From Candidatus Versatilivorator vitaminiformans (lineage in GTDB: Bacteria; Acidobacteriota; Terriglobia; Versatilivoradales; Versatilivoraceae), in NCBI GenBank assembly GCA_027493295.1, contig JAPVWS010000481.1:1-38905 (forward strand): 38,905 bases of DNA, read 5' to 3'. Made by a program: the position numbers and the translations under genes. Positions 26,274 to 35,334 of this stretch are shown in pieces (within the stretch, counting starts at the first letter, position 1; each line of letters opens with the position of its first letter). The notes below the pieces were generated by a model. It saw nothing but the letters and a program-made list of their open reading frames with translations. It made no database searches and had not been told where the DNA came from.

Positions 26274-28016
26274 CTACACCGCCGCCGAGCGGGCGAGGCG
26301 GTCCGCCTGAGCATTCACAGAGACCCGAAAGGACTGCAACGCAGACTCGATTCCATCTCCATAGTATCGAAAGTCTTCCGGAATCAATTGGTTGCGCGCC
26401 TGAGCTCGCACGAACAACTCCTGCCTCCGAGCTCGGATCTCCTCCACTTCCTGAACGGAACTTGAAGAGGTTTCCCTGAAAATTTCCGCCTCGGCTTCCA
26501 AAAATACCTTGAAGTCGTGGATTGCCATCTGCTGGCGGGTGACCTTTTCAAAATGGTAGCCCAATGAGGCCAGGCGAATCGCCTCCGGGAGCATTCGGGG
26601 ATGGTCCTTGGAAACGCTGGCGATAAACCTCATATAGGCAGGGACTTGCTTGGCGGAAAGCTGCCGGCGCAGGCCCATCATGTTCGCATAAAGCGCGATC
26701 TTGCTCTGAGGTTTGTGCAAGTGCGGAATGGGTGTGAGGTGCTCGAAGAACGTCAGGCAACGCTCGAAGTAGTTCTCCAGAGTCGGGTCGTAGACGCTGG
26801 CGGTCACGCGCCGGTATCCCTCGATCAACGCTTCGGGATCCATCTCCGGCACGAAGTTGAGGGCCGTGGAGGTCGTGCCGATGGAAACCTCCAATAGCCG
26901 ATTTTCCGACTGCAAGCGTCGATACAGGTCGGTTCCCTTCAGGGCGCCCAACAACCCGATCAAAGCCATCGGAATGCCGGCCTCCTGAATAAAATCGATT
27001 TGCAGATCGAACACGCCCTCATCATCCTCGTCCAGGCCCAGGATGAACCCTCCCATGACCTGCATCCCTTTCCGCTGGATGGTTCGGACGGAATTGAGAA
27101 GGTAATTGTTGTCCCGCTTGTCGATGTTCTGAGGTTTCTTCATCTTCAGCAAGGCCTTGGGATTGGGCGTTTCAATACCCACGAACACGGAATTGAATCC
27201 GGCTTCAACCATGACGTCCATCAATTCATCCATGCGGGCCAGGTTCATGCTCGCTTCGGTGAACAGGGAGAAGGGATATCCACGAGCCTGCTGCCATTCG
27301 GCAATGACCCGAAGCAGCTCCATTGCAGCTCGCTTGTTGCCGATGAAGTTGTCGTTAACCAGGAATAGTCGCCCACGCCAGCCCAGTCGATACAAGGCCT
27401 CAAACTCTTCCACCATCTGATCCGGCGACTTGGTCCGGGCCACGCGACCGTAGAGCTTGGTGATGTCGCAGAACTCGCAGTCGAACGGGCAGCCTCGGGA
27501 GAACTGAACGCACATCGAGTGGTAACTCTTCGTATCGATGAGGTCGAAGCGCGGGACGGGTGTCCGAGTCATATCCGGCTTTCGCGGCTCGCGATAGATG
27601 GCATCGGCCGTGCCGCTCTCCAAGTCACGCAAAAAGTCGCCAAAGGTCTCCTCCACCTCATCCAGCACGAAGTGGTCGACACCTTGGATCTCATCGTGGA
27701 AGGAAGTGGGGAAGGGGCCCCCCGCCACCACGGGAACGCCGGCCCGGTTGCACCGCCCGATGACGGACTGGAGGGAATCGCGTTGAACGATCATGGTGGA
27801 GGTAAACACCAGATCCGCCCAGTCCAGGTCCGACTCCTCCAGGGGAATCACATTCATATCCACCACGCGGAGGTCGTAGTGCGGCGGAAACATCGCGGCG
27901 ACGGTGAGCAGACCCAAGGGTGGGAATGCTGCCTTGATGCCCAGCATATCGAGTGCAAAATTCGCACCCCAATAGGAAGGGGGGTTTTCGGGATAAACCA
28001 GCAGAGCATTCGGCAC
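26274..28016 (-). CDS. B12-binding-domain radical SAM protein, paralogue 1 (SwfC-like)
   Basis: GTG start with SD GAAGGAG 5 nt upstream. It has the same architecture as paralogue 2, with GCPFDCEFC at codons 27468-27491. Confidence 0.85.
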   Translation of the reverse strand: MPNALLVYPENPPSYWGANFALDMLGIKAAFPPLGLLTVAAMFPPHYDLRVVDMNVIPLEESDLDWADLVFTSTMIVQRDSLQSVIGRCNRAGVPVVAGGPFPTSFHDEIQGVDHFVLDEVEETFGDFLRDLESGTADAIYREPRKPDMTRTPVPRFDLIDTKSYHSMCVQFSRGCPFDCEFCDITKLYGRVARTKSPDQMVEEFEALYRLGWRGRLFLVNDNFIGNKRAAMELLRVIAEWQQARGYPFSLFTEASMNLARMDELMDVMVEAGFNSVFVGIETPNPKALLKMKKPQNIDKRDNNYLLNSVRTIQRKGMQVMGGFILGLDEDDEGVFDLQIDFIQEAGIPMALIGLLGALKGTDLYRRLQSENRLLEVSIGTTSTALNFVPEMDPEALIEGYRRVTASVYDPTLENYFERCLTFFEHLTPIPHLHKPQSKIALYANMMGLRRQLSAKQVPAYMRFIASVSKDHPRMLPEAIRLASLGYHFEKVTRQQMAIHDFKVFLEAEAEIFRETSSSSVQEVEEIRARRQELFVRAQARNQLIPEDFRYYGDGIESALQSFRVSVNAQADRLARSAAV

Positions 28017-28069
28017 GGTTACTCCTTCCCCTGTTCCTCCATTGCCATGTCAGCCGCCCAAGACCGCCA

Positions 28070-31000
28070 CTAAACAGCGGATTCTCTCACGGTACCGGAT
28101 GCCACATCTCGCGGATGGAGAAAGTGGTCTTCTCTTGCGCTCGCAAAAACCGATGGTGCGCGGCGGGCGCGCTGCTGGACACTTTGGGCGGCATCCTCGG
28201 AAACGGCCGTATCCGCCTCGGCCGGATCGTCCTCGACATTTTCTTTTCCGTGGATGATCCCCCGTGCCAGCGACAGACAGGTGGCGGTAGTCATCAACTC
28301 GAGGGCGCTCACCCGGTAGTTGAACTGCGTCTGGATGAACGTGCCCAGCTCGGCCACCGAGATGGAGGTGAGTCCGAAGCTGGCCAGTGGCTCCTCCACG
28401 CCACCCTCCTCGTGGCCGCAGAGCTCGGCGACCTTGGCAGCAATCTGCGCCACCACGCTCTCGAGCGTCAACTCGCCCTCCACACCAGCCTTGAAGGCGT
28501 CCTGATTGTTCATCAAACGCCCGGTGCGCATGTAGTCCGGGTAGTCGGTCGTCCAGGCCGGGTGCTTGAACACGGCCGTAATCAAGTGGTCCCGATCGGG
28601 CATGGCGCGCAGGGCATAGTCGAGGTTGGCGATGGCGAAGTCGCTGCTGACCGGCGGAAGGCCCGCGGCCCTCATCATGCGCAACACGGGGAGACTTCGC
28701 GCGGCCATGCCGGCGTCGGCGACAGCGGCCATGCTGTAGGACAAGCCGGGAAGGCCCTGACGGCGGCGATAGGCCGCAAAACCGTCCAGAAATGCGTTGG
28801 CCGCGCTGTAGTTGATCTGTCCGGGATTGCCCAGGGCCGAGGCAGTCGAGGCGAACAGAACAAAATAATCGAGCGGGCAACCCTCGGTGGCCCGGTGGAG
28901 ATGGAGAGCTCCGTGAGCCTTGGGTGCGAAAACCGTTGCCATGGATTCGGCCGACAGATCGTCCAGCAAACGGTCGTCCAGCGCGCCGGCGAGGTGGAAC
29001 ACACCCTTGAGCGGCCTTTTGAGTTGCGACACGCAGCGTCGGACGTCATCTTCCACCGCCACGTCGCCCGATACGATGTCGAATTCCGCATCCTCATCCA
29101 TGTACACGAGAGCGCTCGAATGACGGACCCACTCAGTGTCCCGACGTCGCTCGGGGTCGCGGTCCATCAGGGTGATATGGCGCGCGCCCGCGGCCACCAG
29201 GTAAGGCAACAGTCGCAGTCCGAAGCCGCCCAGGCCGCCGGTCACCAGATAGGTCGCTTCGGGATCCAAAAACGGCCGCACATCGGAAACCGTGAAACCC
29301 GCATCGCCGGCAGCCTCGGGAGCTTTCAGCACCAGTTTCCCCTGGTGGCGACCGGACGTCATCAGGCGAAGGGCCTTGGCATAGTCCTTGAACGGAAAGA
29401 CGGTGACCGGAAGCGGCGGCAGCGCTCCTTGGTCGAGCAAATCCAGGCAGGACTGGGAGAGCTCGCGCGACAGATAGGGGTCATCGATCATCAGACGGTC
29501 CACGTCGATGGCAGCGAAACGCAGGTTCTTGCGGAAGATGCGCAGACCTAGGGCGTTGTCGGCGTAGATGTCGACCTTGCCGATTTCGCAATGCCAGCCC
29601 CCCGGGCGCAGGGCCTGCAGACAAAGTTCAACCTGGCGTCCGGCCAGTGAGTTCAGCACGACGTCGACGCCCTCGCCTGCGGTCGCCGCCATCAGGTCGT
29701 CATGCCAGGCGAGGCTGTGCGAATCGAAAGCCGCTCGCACGCCCAGCGACAGCAATTGCTCCCGCTTGTCTTCACTGCCGGCAGTGGCGTATATCTCTGC
29801 TCCCACATGCTTGGCCAGCGCGATGGCGGCCTGTCCGACGCCGCCCATGGCCGAATGGATGAGGACTCGCTGGCCCTTGCGCAGGCGGGCCAGGTGAATC
29901 AGGGAATAGTAGGCGGTAACATAGACCGACAGAACCGAGGCGGCTTCTTCCATGCTCAGGCGGTCCGGCTTCGCGAAAACGAGGGATTGGTTGACCACGA
30001 CGCGATTGGCGATGCAGCCGCCCTGTATGAACGCTACATCGTCACCGGCGCGGCAACCCCGCACCTCCGACCCGACGCGTCGGACGATCCCGCTTCCTTC
30101 CATGCCGACTTCACGCCCGAGGGCCGAGCGCTCATAGGCCGAAGCCGGCAACAGGCCCAGCGTGACCATGACGTCGCGAAAATTGAGGGCGGCTGCCGTC
30201 ACTTCGATCTCCACGTCGTCCGGACCCAACGGTGGGAGCTCGCAGGTTTTCATCTCGAGACCGGCGATCTGCCCCGGATTGTCCAGAGTGAGCCGGTAGG
30301 CAAGCTCATCACCCGCGGATACCCGGGAATACCGCTCTGTAATGTCAACCCACCTGGGCGCCCACAAGCGGTTCGCCCGCACGGCCAATTCGCGCTCGCG
30401 CAAATCGCACCGAGCCAGCCAGGCCATCGTTTCCAAATCGCCGGGATCACCCAGGTCCACCAGGCGAAAATCGATCCGGGCTTCCTCGTCGATTTCCATG
30501 GCCATGCTGCGAACCGCTCCCCACAGCGCACTCCCGCGCGGATTGTCCACATCGAGCACGGTTCCGCGCGTCACCACGGTCAATCGGCACCAGTGGTTCG
30601 CATTCTCCACCCTGTAGGAGACCAGAGCCTGGACAAAGGCAACAAAACGCGACACCGCCTTTTCCCCCGTCGGGTCTTCTGGTTCCTCGCCACAAAAGAA
30701 GTCGATGGCGCTCAGGTCGGCCGCCTGCGGCCACGTTTCGAGCAAATGGAGCGCGTTGGCGGCGAGAGCTTCATCGGGGACCGGATACGCATCCGGCGCA
30801 TCGAGCAGGGCCACCCAGTCCGAGGCCCAGCTTCCCGGCTCCCCGAGCACCCATCGCGAGCCCGAGGGCTCCGTGGAGTCGGGAATTTCCGCGCGGGACT
30901 GCGGCGCCTGCAGCAGGGTCTTGCGCTGCCCGGCTCGAACGACAGTCCAACCGGCGACGGGCCGGATGACTTCGCCCTCGCCATGAGAGACCAGGGCCAA

Positions 31001-34000
31001 GCCGCCGGCCACCGCCAATCGGCGCGCCAGTTCCCATTCCTCCGGCCGGACCGCCCCGCCATCCCCATGCATAAAAATGATTTCGGCGCTACCCGGACGC
31101 AGCAGACCCGCATCCAGTTTCGGTTGAGCAGCCGGGTCGAGGCGCTCGAAACGCAAGGCGGCATCGCGTTGACCGTAGGCGTCGTAGTGAGCCCAGGCAC
31201 TCTCTTCGGTATCGCCGACCAGCCAGAACTCGGTCTGTGAGCCGGCGTTCGAGAGATGGTCGATGCACTGATCGAGAAGGGTCTCCTCCGGCTCCCGGCA
31301 GCCCGCGAACTCGACCACGTGACAGGCGTAGGGTTCGCCCTGTTCCGGCCTTTCGAGGGCGGCAATCAGGGCAGCGGGTTCGATCTCGCCGTCAGGAAGT
31401 CTGTCGGCAAGCCGTTGGCCAGCGGAAACGAACTTGGGCTGCCAGGATATCCGGTGCTTGCTTTCGGGCAGGTCGTTCCATCGCGGATTGGAGGTGAAAT
31501 AGGTGTATTCGCCGATATGGGCAACGAGGTCTCCGGTCGCGCTGTCGTAAAGACTGACGCTGCCGCCGGACCGTTCGCCCCGGCGAACGGAATACTGGCC
31601 CCGCTCGTTGGCATCCATCCAGTCGTCGCGGGGCTTGGTCACGTGACAGGTGATCCGCGGGCCGGAGGGCGGGCGAAAGAAGGTCACCCCTTCGGCGCGC
31701 TGGGGGATGGCAAACAGGTCGGCGGCGGTCAGCAAATGGTACAGAAAGATCTGCAATGCCCCGTCGAACAAGGGAGGACACGAGACGTAGCCCTCTTCCC
31801 GACCCGTCGTCCATAGCTCCTCATCCATCTCGACGTCGAAGAGATAAGCCTTCGATACCGTATCCACCAAAACGCGTTGGATGGTCCTGAAAAAGGGACC
31901 GTACTGGAACGTCTCGCTAAGGACCGCTTCCAGGCGCTCGTAGAAATTCCGGTCGTCCGCGAGAAACGAGGGCTTGAAGTGGGTCGTATCGATGTTCGCC
32001 AGCCGGCACGGTACCTCCACCGCATGGTCGTCGCCCAGCAGGCGCACCTTCCCGCGGCAGTGCAGCTCACTCTTCGCGTCAACGTCGTAGCGCCGGGAAG
32101 AAATGGTGAAGGTCCATTCGTCCGGAGCCGTGGTCACCGGTTGCAAGTCCGTTTGCAGGCGTACCGGCGTCTTGGGAATGGGGCAGGGCTGGAGGAACTC
32201 TATCACCTCGAAGCAGGCCGGAACGCCCCCCAGGGCTTCCAGGATCAGTTCGATGTAACCGGCCCCCGGCATGATCGCCGCATGGTGGACGCGGTGGTCT
32301 GCCAGCCAGGGAAAGTCCGTCTCGGAAAGCCGCCCCTCGAAGAGCAGGTGATCGACAGGAACCTTGTGTCCGACCAACGGCCCATGGGAGTACTCGCCCT
32401 GTCGGACAAACATCTCGTTGTCGCACAGGATATCCATGGTGGCCTGCTCTTCTCTCGGATGGCCCGGCAGCAGATGGGCGACCGGCTCCGGCCGCGGATA
32501 CTGGGCGGCGAAGTCCAGATCTACGCCAGCCATGAATAGCGCACCCAGAGCCTGGTTGAAGCCGAGGCACACATCGCTGTCTCTCATCAGAGTCGGAATA
32601 CAGGCCGGCACCGGCACACTGCATTCCAGGCACTGCGCGATGGTGGTTTGCAGGGCGCTGTGCGGTGCGATTTCCAGCACCACGTCGGGTCGATATTCCC
32701 GCCGGACGGTTTCCATGGCAGCCGCGAAACGCACCGGCTGGCGAATATTCGACCACCAGTAGGCGTTGTCCAATCGCTCTGTCTGCACGCCGGTCACCGA
32801 GGAAATGAACGGCAGGTCGGCGTCGAAGGCACAGGCGTCGAGAAAGGACAGGGCGGCCAGCGCGTCGTCCTTGATCGGGTTCATGGCGGTGGAGTGGAAG
32901 GCGATATTGCCCGGCAGCAACTGGTTCTGCAGTTTGCGTCGGTCCAGCTCCGCCATGATGGGCCGCAGGGCGGCTTCCTTGCCGCAGATGACGGTGTTGG
33001 CCGGCGCGTTCTCGCAGGCGATCTCCACTCGGGTCGGTCCTTCCTCGGGCCGGAAGGGAACGTCCAGCGTTTCGAGCATTTCCTCCACGCCTGCCCGGTC
33101 GAGGCCGACCGCCAGCATGCGGCCCGAACCCGCAATGCGCTGTTGCAGGGTGGCACGGTGAAAAACCAGTCGGGTGGCGTCTGCCAACGACAGCGCCCCG
33201 CAGGCGTAGGCTGCAGCGACCTCGCCGGAGCTATGGCCGACCACGCAGTCCGCATGGACTCCCCACGTCTTGAGCAATTCCACCAGGGCGCACTGGATCA
33301 TGAAAATGACCGGCTGGGCCAACTGGACTTCATCGAGTTCCTCCTGGCCGGCCGAAAAACAGGCATGGCGGAGCGATCTGTCCGAGTGCTCTCGCCAGTG
33401 TTCCTCAATCGCATCGATTACGCGGCGGAAAACGGGGTGGGCGTCGTAAAGTGCGCGGCCGCAACCGGCCCACTGCGTGCCCTGCCCGGCGAACACCAGG
33501 GCCACCCGCCGCTCGCTCTCATCCACCGTGGCCACCGGCGCTGGGCCTTCGATGAAGAGGTCAAGCGCCTCGACCAGTTCTTGCCGGTTGCGCACCGCAA
33601 AGGAGGTACGCGCAGCGAAGTGGGTCCGGCGGCGGCTGAGATTGCCGGCCAGCGTGTACAGATCCATTTCCGACTCGCCCAAGGCTTCGCGCAACTGCTG
33701 CGCACTGCGCGTCAACAAGCCGGAGGTGCGGGCCGACAGGGGAATCATGTGGCCGGCTTCCGGCGCCAGCGCAACCGACCAGAGCCGCGGCTGCGCAGGG
33801 CGGTATTCCCGCACCACGCAGTGCCCGTTGGCGCCGCCAAAGCCGAACGAATTGATGCCGACCAGGACAGGAGGTTCGGGAAAAGGCTCACACGTCGTCT
33901 GCACCTGCATGGGGCAGTTCTCGAAATCGATCTCGGGATTCGGCACCAGGTAGTTCTTCGAAATCGGCGCGAAGGTGCGCCGCTGCATCATCAACACGAC

Positions 34001-35146
34001 CTTGAGCAGAGCGCAATGGAAGGCGGCGGCTTCCATGTGCCCTACATTGCTCTTGACACTGGAAATTCTCAGCGGCACCTCCCGGTCGAAACCACCGAAC
34101 GCCTCGTTGATGGCGGCTCCCTCAATGCGGTCGCCCACCACGGTACCGGTGGCATGGGCCTCAATGTAGTCGAATTCTCCCGGTTGGTGGCCGGAACGAG
34201 CGCACGCCAGGCGCATCAGATCCGCCTGCGCGTGGCGGGTCGGGGCGGTGATGTAACGCCCCTGAGCCAGGCCGCTGCTGCCGTCGGCAGCCCCGGCCGC
34301 ATTGACTGCCGTTGCCTCCACCACGGCGTGTATCGGGTCCCCGTCTCGCTCGGCCGCTTCCAGGGGCTTGATCGCAAAGACGAATGCCCCTTCCGAGCGC
34401 ATGTAGCCGTTGGCTTCCGCGTCGAAGGAGTGGCACTTGCCGTCCGGGCTGATGACGCCCAGGGCATTGAAGGCAGCGCTGAGCCGGGCCGTCCCCAAGT
34501 AATTTACGGAGGCGACGATGGCTTGCTCGCAATCGCCGCACTGGAGTGCGTTCACCGCGGCGTTCAATGCGGTGAGGCTGGCCGAACAAGCCGTGCAATA
34601 GGTGGTTGACGGCCCCATCAAGTTGAAGTGGTAGGAAATGCGATTGGCCAGCATGGCCAGGCTGATGCTGGTAACGTCAAACGGACCGGCACCGCGCAAT
34701 GGACGCCAGTTCGCCACCGGGGGCGTCTGCGCGCCGACAAACACTCCGGTAAGACTGTTGCGCAACGAATCCAGTTCCCAGCCGCTCCGCTCGCAGGTCT
34801 CCCAGGCGCACATCAACAGCATTCTTAGCTGCGGGTCCGTCGACAACACTTCGTGCTGTGACAGCCCGAAGAGACCGCGATCGAACAGCTTCTCCCCGTC
34901 GTCGCGGATCAGCCCCTCGAAGGGGCTGGCGAAGCGACCCGGGCCGGAGAATCCGCCAACCGGCTGATAGCCTCTTCCGCAGCGGTCGGTGACCGGCTCC
35001 TGGACGATCTCGCGTTGACTGAGCAGACGCCAGAAGTCGTCGTCGGTCTTGATCCCTCCCGGCATCCGGTAGGCATATCCGACGATGGCAACGGCGTTAT
35101 CGGAACTGGCGGAGTTCATGGCTGCGCACGGACCTCCATATTCCAT
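28070..35146 (-). CDS. Single-module, fully reducing type I polyketide/fatty-acid synthase, KS-AT-DH-(MT-like, degenerate)-ER-KR-ACP (SwfA-like)
   Basis: 2358-aa ORF. KS has TACSAS (Cys187, codon 34586-34588), HATGT and NVGHMEAA. AT has GHSSG (Ser639, codon 33230-33232) and an IAFHS malonyl-type motif. DH has LADHRVHHAAIMP and DGALQ. ER has HSAMGGVGQAAIALAK. KR has TGGLGGFG, LDD and YSAAN. ACP has FGLTSIS (Ser2261, codon 28364-28366). There is no TE, R or C domain. The start could be ATG 35146 or ATG 35119. Confidence 0.92.
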   Translation of the reverse strand: MEYGGPCAAMNSASSDNAVAIVGYAYRMPGGIKTDDDFWRLLSQREIVQEPVTDRCGRGYQPVGGFSGPGRFASPFEGLIRDDGEKLFDRGLFGLSQHEVLSTDPQLRMLLMCAWETCERSGWELDSLRNSLTGVFVGAQTPPVANWRPLRGAGPFDVTSISLAMLANRISYHFNLMGPSTTYCTACSASLTALNAAVNALQCGDCEQAIVASVNYLGTARLSAAFNALGVISPDGKCHSFDAEANGYMRSEGAFVFAIKPLEAAERDGDPIHAVVEATAVNAAGAADGSSGLAQGRYITAPTRHAQADLMRLACARSGHQPGEFDYIEAHATGTVVGDRIEGAAINEAFGGFDREVPLRISSVKSNVGHMEAAAFHCALLKVVLMMQRRTFAPISKNYLVPNPEIDFENCPMQVQTTCEPFPEPPVLVGINSFGFGGANGHCVVREYRPAQPRLWSVALAPEAGHMIPLSARTSGLLTRSAQQLREALGESEMDLYTLAGNLSRRRTHFAARTSFAVRNRQELVEALDLFIEGPAPVATVDESERRVALVFAGQGTQWAGCGRALYDAHPVFRRVIDAIEEHWREHSDRSLRHACFSAGQEELDEVQLAQPVIFMIQCALVELLKTWGVHADCVVGHSSGEVAAAYACGALSLADATRLVFHRATLQQRIAGSGRMLAVGLDRAGVEEMLETLDVPFRPEEGPTRVEIACENAPANTVICGKEAALRPIMAELDRRKLQNQLLPGNIAFHSTAMNPIKDDALAALSFLDACAFDADLPFISSVTGVQTERLDNAYWWSNIRQPVRFAAAMETVRREYRPDVVLEIAPHSALQTTIAQCLECSVPVPACIPTLMRDSDVCLGFNQALGALFMAGVDLDFAAQYPRPEPVAHLLPGHPREEQATMDILCDNEMFVRQGEYSHGPLVGHKVPVDHLLFEGRLSETDFPWLADHRVHHAAIMPGAGYIELILEALGGVPACFEVIEFLQPCPIPKTPVRLQTDLQPVTTAPDEWTFTISSRRYDVDAKSELHCRGKVRLLGDDHAVEVPCRLANIDTTHFKPSFLADDRNFYERLEAVLSETFQYGPFFRTIQRVLVDTVSKAYLFDVEMDEELWTTGREEGYVSCPPLFDGALQIFLYHLLTAADLFAIPQRAEGVTFFRPPSGPRITCHVTKPRDDWMDANERGQYSVRRGERSGGSVSLYDSATGDLVAHIGEYTYFTSNPRWNDLPESKHRISWQPKFVSAGQRLADRLPDGEIEPAALIAALERPEQGEPYACHVVEFAGCREPEETLLDQCIDHLSNAGSQTEFWLVGDTEESAWAHYDAYGQRDAALRFERLDPAAQPKLDAGLLRPGSAEIIFMHGDGGAVRPEEWELARRLAVAGGLALVSHGEGEVIRPVAGWTVVRAGQRKTLLQAPQSRAEIPDSTEPSGSRWVLGEPGSWASDWVALLDAPDAYPVPDEALAANALHLLETWPQAADLSAIDFFCGEEPEDPTGEKAVSRFVAFVQALVSYRVENANHWCRLTVVTRGTVLDVDNPRGSALWGAVRSMAMEIDEEARIDFRLVDLGDPGDLETMAWLARCDLRERELAVRANRLWAPRWVDITERYSRVSAGDELAYRLTLDNPGQIAGLEMKTCELPPLGPDDVEIEVTAAALNFRDVMVTLGLLPASAYERSALGREVGMEGSGIVRRVGSEVRGCRAGDDVAFIQGGCIANRVVVNQSLVFAKPDRLSMEEAASVLSVYVTAYYSLIHLARLRKGQRVLIHSAMGGVGQAAIALAKHVGAEIYATAGSEDKREQLLSLGVRAAFDSHSLAWHDDLMAATAGEGVDVVLNSLAGRQVELCLQALRPGGWHCEIGKVDIYADNALGLRIFRKNLRFAAIDVDRLMIDDPYLSRELSQSCLDLLDQGALPPLPVTVFPFKDYAKALRLMTSGRHQGKLVLKAPEAAGDAGFTVSDVRPFLDPEATYLVTGGLGGFGLRLLPYLVAAGARHITLMDRDPERRRDTEWVRHSSALVYMDEDAEFDIVSGDVAVEDDVRRCVSQLKRPLKGVFHLAGALDDRLLDDLSAESMATVFAPKAHGALHLHRATEGCPLDYFVLFASTASALGNPGQINYSAANAFLDGFAAYRRRQGLPGLSYSMAAVADAGMAARSLPVLRMMRAAGLPPVSSDFAIANLDYALRAMPDRDHLITAVFKHPAWTTDYPDYMRTGRLMNNQDAFKAGVEGELTLESVVAQIAAKVAELCGHEEGGVEEPLASFGLTSISVAELGTFIQTQFNYRVSALELMTTATCLSLARGIIHGKENVEDDPAEADTAVSEDAAQSVQQRARRAPSVFASAREDHFLHPRDVASGTVRESAV
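28247..28474 (-). other. PKS acyl carrier protein (ACP) domain, approx. aa 2225-2300
   Basis: LASFGLTSISVAELG contains the phosphopantetheine Ser2261. Thr replaces the usual Asp before the Ser. Confidence 0.75.
28697..29263 (-). other. PKS ketoreductase (KR) catalytic subdomain, approx. aa 1962-2150, B-type (LDD)
   Basis: YLVTGGLGGFG, HLAGALDDRLL, SxxxxxxxxxxNYSAAN. Confidence 0.8.
29321..30304 (-). other. PKS enoylreductase (ER) domain, approx. aa 1615-1942
   Basis: MDR-type fold with LNFRDVM and the NADPH motif HSAMGGVGQAA. Confidence 0.8.
30887..31429 (-). other. Methyltransferase-fold-like but apparently SAM-site-degenerate insert between DH and pseudo-KR, approx. aa 1240-1420
   Basis: The spacing of beta-strand-like segments recalls class I MT motifs I, II and III: HVVEFAGCREPE, TEFWLVGDTEE, AEIIFMHGDGG and LAVAGGLALV. 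The GxGxG loop is replaced by AGCRE. Confidence 0.4.
31502..32404 (-). other. PKS dehydratase (DH) domain, approx. aa 915-1215
   Basis: The HxxxGxxxxP variant is H951-RVH-H-AAIM-P960. GYVSCPPLFDGALQ supplies the DxxxQ motif. Confidence 0.75.
32537..33508 (-). other. PKS acyltransferase (AT) domain, approx. aa 547-870, malonyl-type
   Basis: FAGQGTQW, GHSSGE and IAFHS (xAFH rather than YASH). Confidence 0.8.
33812..35098 (-). other. PKS ketosynthase (KS) domain, approx. aa 17-445
   Basis: The Cys-His-His triad motifs are intact (C187, H331, H370). Confidence 0.85.
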
Positions 35147-35235
35147 CCCAGGTACTGCAATCCCCTCCGGTTGATCCCGACAGGTGACAGGTAGTCACCC
35201 GCGGTCGCCCTGCCCTTCCCCGTCGATACACGGTT

Positions 35236-35265
35236 ATATTACCGCACCAATGACAGACAATCCAA
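35236..35265 (-). promoter_or_regulatory. Candidate sigma70-type promoter upstream of the PKS operon
   Basis: On the minus strand, TTGGAT (35265-35260), an 18-nt spacer, then TAATAT (35241-35236), about 90 nt upstream of the PKS start. Confidence 0.3.
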
Positions 35266-35334
35266 CCTGGACGACGATCTGCTCCAGGGTTCTGTCTCAG
35301 CGTCAATCTGCGGCTCCCATGCCGGGATTCCGGC

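Noticed and set aside
27953-34609. Three long plus-strand ORFs (532, 512 and 653 aa) opposite the PKS
   Set aside because: They are antisense shadows of the 2358-aa PKS ORF. Their Arg/Gly/His/Gln-rich low-complexity translations contrast with the dense, ordered catalytic motifs on the minus strand.
21908-35146. Interpreting the cluster as a CurM/Ols-type terminal-olefin pathway or an rkpA/wcb-type capsule-lipid synthase
   Set aside because: The olefin route needs an ST-TE pair embedded after the ACP. Here there is no TE, and the ST is fused to a reductase on a separate protein. Capsule-type clusters carry kps/ABC export and glycosyltransferase genes next to the PKS, and none flank this operon in the window. 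The rkp/wcb relationship still cannot be excluded without a search.
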